This document shows, piece by piece, positions 10,635-22,971 of a DNA stretch of 64,000 nucleotides. The DNA is taken from assembly GCA_002189035.1 (NCBI GenBank), contig NEEC01000012.1, forward strand, positions 2,294,001 to 2,358,000, in the 5' to 3' direction. Below the pieces are notes generated by a model that saw nothing but the letters and a program-made list of their open reading frames with translations, was not told the origin of the DNA and searched no databases. Both the position numbers and the translations under genes were made by a program. Position 1 is the first letter of the stretch, and every line of letters begins with the position of its first letter. Origin of the DNA: Utricularia gibba. Taxonomy: Eukaryota; Plantae; Magnoliophyta.

Positions 10635-13600
10635 TCAACCGGTTGCATCAATATCTGCTGAGGTTGAAGAACTTTGTCGCCTGTAATAGTTACCTACACG
10701 CTTGGTCTGGTTCTGGCCTCTCCTTGCGCCTTGCCGTTGGCTACTGTTTGAGGCATCAACCTGTTCACCGACTGCCTTTACCACTGGCTGGTACTCAGGT
10801 TGCACATTTTGCCTTGGCTTTCCATGAGCAGTGGCGTTCTTCCAGTTATCATATGCAGGAGGCCATTCTCCACGCGAATCATGGATTCGTGAAGAATGAT
10901 TTTTCTGCCTGACATTACCCCTGCTTCTAGAATGAAAGTTTTTCTCGTGTTGATGAGAAACTTCGCCAGACTTGGGCGCTGATTCTTGACTCTCTATTGG
11001 TGAATGTACGTCAAAGCTTTCTGAAAGATGACTTTTTTCCTCGAACTCTCGTGATTGGCTTGAATTTGACTCAGCTGTATTTTTTTCGACACTGACATGT
11101 CCCTGGAGTGATTGAACAGTCCTGTTATTCTCATTAAAATGTCGAAGGTCCTCTTGGATCTTGTGTTGCTGAAGGTGGGCCTTCCTTGGGTGCTTACCAA
11201 CCTCTGTAGTAGAGTCAGTCCGCAAACCTTGGTTTCTATTTTGTTCGCTAGTAGGATTTGCTTGACTTTTGGGCTGCCAATGATATGATATCCTTTCCCC
11301 AAGGCTTCTGTTTTCTCTTGAAAAGTTACCTATCTCCGTTTGGTTCCCTTCATGAGCTGAAGACTGCAGGAAATTCCCCTCCGCTTCATTCCCTGAAGCA
11401 AACTCAGAACCATAATGACTGCCAGTGCTTCTAGAGCCCCTATTAAATTGTCTCTTTCCCCATTAGCTGGTCCTTGAGCTTTCTCTTGCAGGTTTCTTTT
11501 TGTTACAGGAGCAGGATTGCTGAGCAAGCCATTGTCATCACTAATCACATCATCCCCGGAAGACTTGATTTCATGGCCTGATGTCTGAAAATTATTTTTC
11601 ACAGACTGAGGACGTTCCTTGAACTGTTGAACGCCTTTCTCAGGATGGGATTCTGGGATCTTAGTTTCAGATGAATCCACCCTCTCTCTCCAGGTACCAG
11701 TATCCTTTTTTAGCTTGCCAGGCCTAACATCTCCTTCATTAGTATTTGAACCAGATCCAACATGCAAGCTAGCAGACCTGACCGGCAGCATGCTTCCAAA
11801 ATTAGCCACGCCAGACTGTTCCTTCTGGGAGCCCTCGACAGATCTAGATGAGCTGACAGTGGAAAGCTGCTGGTTCACGCTCTGCTGAGCCAGCTCCAAC
11901 GCAACTGCTTTAGGTACATATCTTTCCATCTCAGCTCTCTTACCTTTTGGAGCATTCTGAGTCGTGCTACCATCCATCGTAGAATTTTCTGCAACCTCCC
12001 CAGATTTTTTCTCAGATTCAACAGTAGCTTCAGCCTTGCTTTCACTCTTCACTGGCGCCCAGATAACATTATCATTGCTATGAAGCTTGTCTACAAATCT
12101 GTTTCCTTGTTGACTTCTTTGGAGTTTGCGAGATTGAGGTTTCAAGTGAATGGGAACCTTCCGATCAGATTCTTCACTGGGTTCAGACGAGATATTTTTC
12201 TGTGCATTACCGTGTTTATCTGGCTCATCAGTGCTTAATACGTGGCTCCCAGAAGAATTCTTCAACTCTGCACTCTCAATTGATACCTCGCTAGAACCCG
12301 TAGTAGGCATTGCCTCTGCAATAGCAGAAGTCAAAAGAGCCTCGTTTGTCCTATGAGTATACTTCGTGTTTCTGTTATTTCTCCTTCTTTGATGAGCAGA
12401 TGAAACAGTAACAGCATTGGACGTCTTTGCAGTATCTGCTGGGGTAGGTTTAGCTTCACTTCCAAGGGTCTCATGTGACAAAACGTCAGAAGCTGTATCT
12501 CTACCATCACTTTCAGCATCATTAACAACCGTTCCAGATTCTGCTGTCGTGTTCCTCAGAAATGGATTGCTGTCTATCTTATGAATAGTGATCCCCAAAT
12601 CACTGGATTCAGATGCTTCGTGTTTGAGATGACCATCACCTACAAGCACTTTCACAGGTGAGAAAATAAATATCGACAATTGGCTTTTGCATTCAAGGGA
12701 AATTAACTAATCTGTCACCTGGATTTTCAATGCAGAATGGATTATCACCCGCGTCATCTCGTATTAAAATATTATCCTTTAAAAGCTCCAGGAATATGGT
12801 ATCGACTATGGCTGATCCACCACGCTCTTGTGCCTCTCCTGAGGTCTGATTGTCACACATGGTCTCAGCCTTTTGACCTGCAGAATCACAAGAAAGGGTT
12901 CGCCGGTTCAGTTCTTCCAATTTAGCTAACGCCTTGGCCTTCTGTTCTCGCATCCTTTCTTCCTCTTCCTTCTGCAGTTGCACTGCTCGTTGCTTTGCTA
13001 GCTCTCTCTTTTTTGTACGCTGACAGAGTTTCTTTTGTATAAGACAAAGGCAAACCCAAAAGAATAGCTCAATATACCCAATGCAGAATGAATGGTTCAA
13101 GAACCTGCTCCTGGACATCACTTGAAATGTATGGTTCAACCAATTCTCGTTCATTTCCTTGCTGATTAATCACTGAGCTCCGCCCATCCTCGCCAGAAGC
13201 ATTGAGGATGTGTGTATTGACACAGGGCCCCGAGCCTACTTTCCTAGCTGAACCAGAAGCCCAGGACTCGGAACTCAAAGGTCTCCTCTGCTGATTATCA
13301 TCGACAGAATGCTCACCAGCTTGCCTAGTCTTGTAATGTTTTCTGTAAAAAAAAAAAAAAAAAAAAAAAAATGTACATTGTCGCAATACAGTCTACAAAA
13401 AAGGGAATGGAAACTATTGTGTGGACTAGATGTCACTTAAACTAACCTAGACAATACAGGATTCGGCTGAGTCTTGTGATCTTTTGGCCCCTTCACTCCT
13501 TCAGCAACCGTGGAAACATCTTTGGAGACACAACTTGTTCCAGAAAAATGAGGCCTACTTCTTTCATCTTTGTGACAATGAGCATTATAGGGGTCGCTTT

Positions 13601-16325
13601 CTCCATCAGACTGGTAGACCTTTGCATTCGAATGGTCAATCTTTTCACTTTGAGAAACACTCTTATCACTCATCGATGGCATCTGACGCATTCCTTGGGA
13701 AACAGACAGAAATCCTCCAGATTCACTTGCGGACTTATTATCTGCAACTGTTTTCAAATGAAGCACACCTCTATGCAATTAATTCATTTCACCTTCAGTA
13801 GAATGGACTATATATTGATGATTAAATAAAACGTTACCATGTGCTGTTTCCATTTTGGAAAATGTCACTTCGTCTGTCTCCTCTTCAGCGCCCCAGTCGT
13901 TCTTCCTGGAATGTATAGCAGGAAGTTTTCTCCCAGAATTTGAGACTCCATCTCTCTGCTTATGGTTCCCTTCAGGGGGTCCTTTTGGTGCTTGATTATG
14001 CACTGGGTAGGCAGCCTCCGCCTGTTCTGATGAGGCTTTAGTAGGGGGAACACGAGCAGCGAGTCTGCCATGAGAAACACCAGTATCAACACCAGGGCCT
14101 CTAAAACCGTTATAAACAGGGTGACCGGCTGCAATGCCTATGAATGGTGGAACATCCCGCTCATTGTAACCTATTGGCGGTCTATAGTAGCCTTCAAAAA
14201 CCATAGGACCAGGGGTTCCTGGAAAGAATCCTGGCCTGAAAGGCATATTTGGAGAAGTAAAAGAATCTGGAATTTGTGGTCTGAATACATCACCACCATT
14301 CGGATGGGGTCCTCTAAGACCAGCCCCAGGTGGAGGAAGCGTTCGCGAACTTGCTAATGGTGGAGGGGGCATCTGATGATGATAATAAGAAAATGCATCT
14401 ACAGGAAAACCTCCCGGAGTATTGGGAATCCCAACAGCTGGACCACGTGGGTGGCCTCCATACCAAATGCCTGCAGGGCCATTCATAGGAGGTCCACGCC
14501 ATGTTTCAAATGGCTGAAGTGGCACATTGGCGTTGAAATACTGAAAGGGTTCTCCATGCCTTTGCCCTGCAGTAATATGTTTCTCGTCCTCAAATTTTGG
14601 GCAGCCATCAGCATTCCAAAGACTCACAGATTTCAAATCTGCACTTAAAAGTGAAAGACGCTAAATTTACTCAAGACGAATCTGCAAACATTCAAAAATT
14701 ACGAATAACGAAAATGAATGCTGACCAGCATCATCTTCATCAATTCGAGTTATTCTTCCAGATGCTGATCTGGGACGGCTGTTACCTAATGGAAAAATGT
14801 TGAGCCAATTAACCATGGGCTTCACTTGCAAATAGGAAAACGATGAAGGCAATAAATTAGCAAGAGTATCTAAATTTTAGACAAGCACTTTCATGATCTC
14901 AATACGTAGTGATATCTAAAATGCAGAAAAAATGACCGATAGATGCTCATACTGCTGAAGTAAAATCCAGGAAAAAAACTTTTAGATGCTCAGACTGCTG
15001 AAGAACAGAAGATGAGAAAGGAATGAGAGAGAAACTCAAAAATTGAGAGCCACAACATGCCTTCACATTCATTATTCTTTGTTAAATTGTCCCTCTCAGA
15101 ACCAAGATTGGGAAAATCTCCAGAGTTCAGAGAGAAGACGTCTTCCTTCGCGGATTTCACATCCTGTAAAATTAGAATGTTTAATTTTGTGAAACAAAAA
15201 GCCTAAATTAATGAGTACCTCCTACTAGAAGCAAAAAAAAAAAAAAAAAAAAAGCTTTCCAAAATAGCTGCATTAATGACAGGAAAGCCAATTTAACAAT
15301 AAAATAAAAAAGACATACTTCAACTAAAGAGATTAAGCTCATCCATACGATACCATTTTTTCAGCTGCCATACTGCAGCCCCAGGCCATGGGGTGTTTGG
15401 AGACTGGCTCAGCAAACCTTGAAAGATGAGAGCTGGTGGGCCTGTTTTCAGCACTCCTAGGATGCATAGCCATCGATGCTGTATGGTTTGGTGACAATGT
15501 CCCAGAAGATGATGAAGGTCTAGAAGTAGAAACTAAAGTAACATTGGCGACACTTTCATGTGGTTTATCACTTCCAGCGGTGGATGGTCGAGTAGCACTT
15601 CCACCTGACAATGGCCGCCCATTGGGGTGACCAGGTGAACCAGGACCACCATCAACATTTGATGATGCCACAGAGACCCACGGACTGGAACCTGTGGAAG
15701 AGGGGCGGCTTCCCCAGCTAAGAGTTCCCCTATTCCAGAAATAACCCTAATTAACTGAAGTGTGCATAACATATCTTTGCAATGGGATGTCATTGACGAC
15801 AAGAGCTACATCAGGAGCCATCCCAAGAGCTAGAAGCCCAATTTCAAAATTCTATGCACTCACTTGGGAACAATTTCGACATTTGGATCCGATCCGTGAT
15901 TCTCATGCCTTCAAACACATCAATAGGGTTGTCAAAGAAAGCAAACAATATGACAGACTAAATAAACAGTTAACTAAATTTCAAAATATACTAACCGCTG
16001 GCTTGGAAGATTCAAGGGCTTTGGAACAGCAACTTTTCCCAGCACAGTCATACTCCCCCTTCTCGCGGATGCCCATCTGAGAAAAAATATTATCAACAAT
16101 TAACAGTGGGGGAAAACAATTACAAGCTAATAAAACAAAATAACTAGAAATACTCGTATGAAAAAAAAAGTCAACATGGATTTTCTACCTGGCTAGAAAA
16201 TCCAGGTAGAATGCTTTTTAAGGTGTTTTACAGAATTAGAGAACGCCTGAAGAATTAGCAATAAGGTTCACCAAAATTATCATATTTACCAACCTTTTGT
16301 CTCCCGACAGCATATTTGAACTCAT
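10635..16325 (-). CDS. MOS1: MODIFIER OF SNC1 1 (BAT2/PRRC2-like); carries an apparent -1 frameshift at 11458-11461
   Basis: Exons 16325-16294, 16076-15996, 15908-15864, 15729-15354, 15163-15061 (GC donor), 14785-14726, 14638-13838, ~13747-13447, 13342-13105, 13019-12719, 12639-10635. BAT2-N motif MTVLGKVAVPKPLNLPSQR.ENHG.DPNVEIVPKGTLSWG; coiled coil KRELAKQRAVQLQKEEEER; KRAEMERYVPK; HWQPKS; EYQPV. Confidence 0.92.
13347..13371. repeat. A25 homopolymer (T25 polypyrimidine tract of a MOS1 intron acceptor)
   Basis: Seen directly; abuts the TACAG acceptor on the minus strand. A similar A run lies at ~15233-15253. Confidence 0.9.
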
Positions 16326-17358
16326 TCTTTAGTCCCACTGGACAGGTCATCAAACTACCTTGATATGCCCTGAAGAAAAGGGAGAATGTATTACGAGAAG
16401 CTAAACGCTAATAAATGGTGATCTCCACATTCCCCAGTTCTACAAGGGTTGACATGAACACAAAAGCAAAACTGAACCATCAATTCAAGCTTCCGTAGGA
16501 CAAACAACTAGCTGAATCAGATTAAACATCATAAAAATAGGCATTTTCAAAAACAGCTCGCCGCCAGTTTTCTCATGGAGCTCGTTCCAAAATTTCAGCA
16601 AGCGTGAATAAATATTAACTAAAGACCTCCTCCTCAGCATACTAACCGCCGCAGCAACATCCCACCATTATGCAGTGCAATCGTGAAAAAAATATAAACA
16701 ATGAAACCCTAAACGCAATTAGAATCCACACCGCATCAACGTACGCATCGAACATATATACAGATTCATGGATAGAAAAACAGACTACCAGAGTAAAGAA
16801 TGGCTCGCGTCGATCAGTCGGGTATTAAGATCAGCAGAGGCGGTAATGTTAAATTGAGAAAAGCGAGAGCAGTCCTGGTAGAACAATAATAAAACTGAAT
16901 CAGACGGAAAAATCGAAAAGCAGATGACGTTGCAGGGTGCCTTCCGGTCGGCAGGCGCACGGCCGAGCTGTATCGCGGTTGAAGAACGAAGATCGGAGAA
17001 GAGAGGTAGGCTGGGCAAAATGAAATGAACCAACAAAAGACGAAACTCGAAACAAGCGTCCGTGGTTGAGTTGAGGTTTAGGACATGCTTGTTTTTAGAG
17101 GAAGTTTAATAATATATTTCAATTAATTATATATTTAAATTATATTATAATTAATATAAGCGATGAGAATAATAAATAAAAAATGTATTTATTTAGTAAA
17201 ATTTGCTGAGGAGTTTTCACATGTGTTTTAGAAAATACATTTACTAAACATAAGTTGTTCATAAAATACACAAATTTAAATACTTAAATATTTCATTATT
17301 GTTGAGATAAATGATAAATATTTTGAAAGAATAATTGGAAATTTGATGAGAGAACTAT

Positions 17359-17420
17359 TGGGCCATTGGCGAAAGCCTGATCACAAGCCCATTAAGTTAA
17401 TCGTCCACAACCTCGGCCCA
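17359..17420. promoter_or_regulatory. Site II (TGGGCY) cluster in the divergent MOS1 / dCMP deaminase promoter
   Basis: TGGGCC 17359-17364, AGCCCA 17386-17391, GGCCCA 17415-17420, within about 160 bp upstream of the dCMP deaminase ATG. Confidence 0.55.
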
Positions 17421-17515
17421 CCATATGATGATGCGCTCTCTTTTTCCCGCTAGTTTTTCATCCCTTCCGCGATTCCCTTCAGCTACGGTACCTTTGTTCA
17501 CTGATTCCTCCATTG

Positions 17516-19296
17516 ATGAATTCTCGAGATGCAGCTTTGTTTTCCGTCTCAGCGGCGTTGGGTGCGGTGCTCTCAGCTGCCGCCATTCGTATACTGCGCA
17601 ATTCTGAACACGGAGGTGATCGAAGCACCGCTGAGCACAAGAAATCTTGTCTGGACCCGTACGATCCCGGGAAACGGAAAGGGTAACTTCATTTCAAAAA
17701 ATGCGGCGTTATTTATTCAGTTCTTTTGAGATATGTAGGGAGGGAATTGCTCGCAGATTTTTTGACTCCTCCATCTGTTGATGGTGAAGTAATATTGATG
17801 TACTTCGGTCGCGAAGTTTGTCTCTGCGAAAATGATAGGAAAAGGTAATGGGTGGCTATTCGTGTGTTGTTTTGCAGTTATCTCTGCTGGGATGACTATT
17901 TTATGGCAATCGCATTTCTGTCAGCTGAAAGGTCAAAAGATCCAAATAGACAGGTTTGATTTCTTCTACTATGAATTTATATTCTAAACATTTCGAGTTT
18001 TGAAGATTTAGGTAGCTGTTCTGGCAACAGAATTTCACTTTTTAACATAATAGGTGGGTGCTTGCTTGGTTAGCAACAAAGGAATAATACTCGGTGAGAT
18101 AAGAGATGAATTAATTTTTAGACATAATAACGAAAATTTAGTGGAGGCAAATGTTGTATTTTCTTACATTTGGTTGTGTGAAGGTATTGGCTACAATGGA
18201 TTCCCACGTGGCTGCTCGGATGACAAGTTGCCCTGGTCTAAAGTGAGAGTTCTCTCCATCCTCTAATAGAACGAGTCTGATTTTTCGCTTACGTTACTAA
18301 ACTCTTTCCTGATTCACCAGAAATCAAAGAATGGCGATCCTCTTGAAACAAAGTATCCGTAAGTTGCCATCAATGTATCAATTCTTGAGTTTCAGTTTTT
18401 GCTCCTTGTGTTGTCCCATCATGTTATCTGTGCATTTTCTTTTCTTCTGTCATTGTTTATCTTTTTTCTTTTTGTAGTTATGTGTGCCATGCTGAAGTTA
18501 ATGCTATCCTAAACACAAATCATGCATCTGCTGATGGCCAAGTTAGCCCTGGCGTTTTAGTTTTGCCCTCTTTGTAAATTCACGTCCAACTATTTTCTGA
18601 TGATGTCATAAACTGATGTTTCAGAGGCTTTATGTTACAATGTTTCCATGCAATGAATGCGCAAAGGTGATCATTCAGGTAAATAGCTTCTTAATCGAGC
18701 CATTAGTCATCACTGCAATTTTTTTCAGTTTATGGTATATATTCTTATGTTATTGACCATCAAGCGGCGGTGGTGCTTGTACTTGATCCTCGAAGTTGAA
18801 AGAATCAGAACGAGTGAAGTTTCTAAAATTCTGTTCTTAACTTGTGGATTGCCCTAGAGAAAGGCAGCTTGCTGTAATTGCTTTTGGTGGATATCTTTTT
18901 AGAATAAGTAGGGAATGTTTCACCGAGCTTGTGACATATTAATGCTCTTCGAATGATTTGTAGATGATATTTTCGCTTGACTAGATTTCTCCTATATGAT
19001 GGGTAGTCAGGAGTTTCAGAGGTTGTTTACTCTGTGGAAAAGAGATTGAAGAGTACATCAAATGCAACATATGTTGCTTCCTACAAGCTTCTATCAATGG
19101 CTGGTGTTAAAGTAAGTAATCCTATCATGACTTGCGTCAACAAATTCAAAAGCCGATAGGTGTGTTGCCTCTTTTCCTTTTAAAATTGGAACATCTCTGA
19201 CTTGGGATATGTCGTTTTCTGAATTTTCATATTAAAAAGGTCAGGAAACATCATCCACAAACAGATCAGCTTACCATTGATTTCAAGGAATTGTAG
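17516..19296 (+). CDS. Deoxycytidylate (dCMP) deaminase
   Basis: Exons 17516-17682, 17878-17953, 18054-18093, 18184-18242, 18321-18358, 18478-18541, 18625-18678, 19007-19111, 19240-19296. [34 protein letters not shown], and zinc ligands CHAE and FPCNEC. Missed by the ORF track because the exons are small. Confidence 0.95.
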
Positions 19297-20002
19297 GAGC
19301 CCATCTCCTCAACTCAGCACCCAGACATTTGCACATGGAATTTTTTATCTTTTGCCTCAACCATCTCATGTGGTGAGCAGTGCAGGAGCGTCTCTTCCTT
19401 GATATATTTATATTGATCGTGAGTTTGGGATTTAGTCTTCCTTCTCTTTAAAGATGTCGTAGAATGTTCTAACTTTCCTTGTCATAGGAAATGATATTAG
19501 TTCGCTTAAGAAAACATTTTTGTTCCTTCCGCATTTTTGGCATTTTCAGTACAAGTAGATAAGAATTTGACAGTCTAATTCTTGCTGAAATACATCGTGC
19601 AGATTAGGATAGAAATACAATATGCCCATAGGTTTCGTAAAACCTTGAGCCTGTTTTTCAGAACATTTGTTTGAAACTATCACCCAAAACCTTTGCTGGA
19701 AGCCACCAATTCAATTATCGGTATGTGGCCTAGCTTTTTCCTTTTGGACTTTAGCGTATTCATTCAGACCTATAATATTGTAGTTTTAAGCTCGAGAAAC
19801 CTTAAGAACAGCGAGTTCAGTTCTGAACTCAACTAAGAATGGAACCTTTTGTCAACCAAATGCACATTAGCGACGCAACTTGCTATTTCTCGATGGAGAA
19901 ACCGAGAGCACAAAACGAGATAAGTGTATGCTCTTTCCCTATGTACTTGGTAACCATTACATGCACAAACATTTTTCCAAATCTGTGTTCGCATTCGTGA
20001 GA

Positions 20003-22681
20003 TCAGTGTCTCCGTAAATGATCCCTCATGAAGAAAGGGTGTCTCAGTGCCTCCGAAGCCGAAAGCCTCTCGTTGGGATCGAACATGAGGAGCCCCTTGA
20101 GGAGATGTATGAGGTCTCCGGCTGAGTGATCCACGTGCTCCATGATCAGATTCTGAAGCCTTGGCAGCTTCATTACTGCTTTTATGCTGTCCGTGGAAGT
20201 TGCTCCGTCTGGCCAGTTCAGCTTCCCCCTGCGGATGTATTTCTCGGAGTGCCGGCTGAAAATGATTAATGCTCACAACCATCAGCAGTGCTGAATAGAG
20301 AATGATCAACAGCAAATAATAGGTGCTATGCTACTGCTGCCGCTTACTCTGCTTTTTTAAGCATATGCGGCGAGAAGGTTCCAAGGACTCGTTCCATCAT
20401 GGCAAGATGCTCCAAGTTTTCATGCGTCTGGAACAATGCCTCGCCCTGAATCAGTTGTGAACCAATTTAGAATTGGAAAATTAAAATAAGTTTCCGATAC
20501 ATCCCATTTAGATAGCATACCGAGCACAGCTCCACCAGAATACATCCAGCACTCCATATGTCACATGGATAGCTCCATCCAAGCCCTGTTTAACACAGGG
20601 AGGATCACACATCGCAGTTGACATGAGGCTACAAGGAGGAACAATAGAAGCAAAAGCTCAAATTACCTAGAATTACTTCAGGAGCTCGGTAGTGTCGAGT
20701 TGAAACAATATATGTCTGATCCTGCCTATCATACGCTGTGCTTCCGAAATCAATTACTTTGATTGCACTTGATTTTGGAATTCTCTTGTATGCACTGTCC
20801 TTTGGTGACCGTGATGAGATCTGAAGCAGTATACAGAAGATTGTGTCATAATGCAATATTTCAACATCATATCAGGTGAACTGAATATTAAACCAAATGC
20901 AGATTACCTTGAAGTCCGGCACTTTCAGGTACTCAGATGATACTAGAAGAATATTTTCGGGCTTCAAATCCGTATGTATGAGACGCAACTCATGCATGAC
21001 TGAGTTTGCAAGAGACAATGGGAAAAAAATATAAGATAGCAGGACTTTAAGCCATTCTGAAAGCTGAGAAGCAATAATCTTCAAGGCATTGCAGGGATCA
21101 TATTAATCACCAAAGACCTACTGGTTGAGGATCTGAATAAGAACATTATACTAGATGGAAGAAACTATTTACACACATGCTACACATTCCAACAGTTGTC
21201 TTCCAATCTCACGGACAAGATCAATGGGAAATGGGCGATAATTGTTTTTGCGTAGGAAATCGTATAAACTTGGCCCAAGCTTCTCAAAGACCTGCCGAAA
21301 CCATTTAAGCCCATTGACAACTTTAATCCCTGTTACGTTGGTTAGGTGGGTAAATGAATCCACCAAATCAACTATATACTTACAATACAGATATGGTTAC
21401 GATAGTCAAACCAGTTCCGTATTTGAACACAACTGCAAGGAATAAAGTTGTTTAACAACAGGAATTCCCGAGAAGACTACAGCATGGTTGCATCTACCAA
21501 GTGTCAAATAAGAGACTTACTGATTGCCAGTTCTATCATGTTTACCAAGCTGGTGGAGCACCTCTACCTCAATCATTGCTGCCTCACGATACTTCTTAAT
21601 ACCACGAACAATCTTAATTGCTACCATTTCCTTTCTTTCCCTGTCCCAGCACTCAAGGACTTGACCAAAGGTGCCTGAGTCGAAGCTACGTTTATAAAAA
21701 TCCACAAATTCCAGTCAATAAATGACAGAGGTCAACCTCACTAGCATACCTTCACCCATCTTTCCATGAATTTTATCTGCAAAAATAAGAGCACGGATAT
21801 AAATATCAGGATCACTCAATATAGAATTTCCAAAAAGTATTTTACTAGCACCTATGAAATGCAATTTTCAAATCACACATAAAGGTGATCCAACTAAAAA
21901 ACGCAATGATCAAGTATTCTACACAATTCCAAAAATGATGTGATCAACTAAAGCAACAGGGTTCTGATGATGGTGAAAGTAGTTACAGCGAGGGGTTAAA
22001 TTTTCTCCAATCTCAAATTTATAATGGCCATCTTTATCATCTTCTCGCCAAGGGGGGGAACCATTTCGAGCAACGCCCCTACCAAGCATAAAACTTGGAT
22101 GTTCTGAATGTGTACTTGTTGTTTCATATCTTGCCATATTCCCAATCTCTTGTCCAGAAAACAATGCTATCTGAGCCTACACACAGGCTCAATATAAAAA
22201 AATCATCAATTTGTTTACCTCTGGGGGTTTGTACCACTGCACGATATCAAAAACAATAGCAAAAAAGAATACCAGTAATCCTAGAAGAACTGTAATTTCA
22301 CGTAGAAAGAACAAAAAAAGAGATTCAACGAACCAAGTGTAGGGAAAAAAGAAGGAAAGTCAGATCAACGAGCTTAAATGGACGATCGAGAAAAAACCAC
22401 AAGAATCACCACCTCTGTGGCCTAACGTCATGATCCCTTTTTTATTCTTTTTTTAAGAGACAGACGTAAAGATTACCAGGTTAATCATACCTGATCCACC
22501 CCAAACCCCTAAAATCCATCAGATCTACAGAAAAAACTGCAAAAAGAAACAAAAAAACTGCAAAATTCAGCTATCGGATAAAATTTACCTGAGGAGGTTG
22601 AGGAAGCACATCCCATCCCAAACGCACTCTCTTCTTCGGACGCCGATCCATGGAAAGCTCCGTGACCTTTTCCATTTCCAT
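20003..22681 (-). CDS. AFC2: LAMMER (CLK-type) dual-specificity kinase AFC2-like
   Basis: Exons 22681-22589, 22176-21987, 21776-21750, 21674-21521, 21432-21384, 21291-21177, 20999-20908, 20820-20667, 20585-20521, 20445-20348, 20255-20003. [43 protein letters not shown] and [11 protein letters not shown] signature. Confidence 0.95.
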
Positions 22682-22971
22682 CTCCAAATCGGGAAGACCA
22701 CTTCACAACAGCCTCAATTTCTAGAGCGATAATTCTAGGGTTTCAAGAGAGAGAACCGCACAAGCGAATAATGCCTGCTGGATTGAGGCCTTTTGGGGCA
22801 ACTTTATATTGGCCTAAAATTCCTAAGCTACTCGGTTGAAGAGAATCGGACCGTCCACGCGGTTCACTTACAGCCCTTGTTTTTTCTATTTCTTTTTATT
22901 CTTTTTAAATTTTGATTTTAATTGACTCCATTTCTTGATTACTAATAACTGCAAGCTTTCCTTCAACAGAA

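Noticed and set aside
16055-16059. Suspected frameshift in MOS1 exon 2
   Set aside because: Recount shows C5, and the frame WASARRGSMTVLGK is intact.
19833-20315. 160-aa minus-strand ORF overlapping the AFC2 last exon
   Set aside because: Alternative frame of the kinase exon that starts inside an intron; no homology signal.
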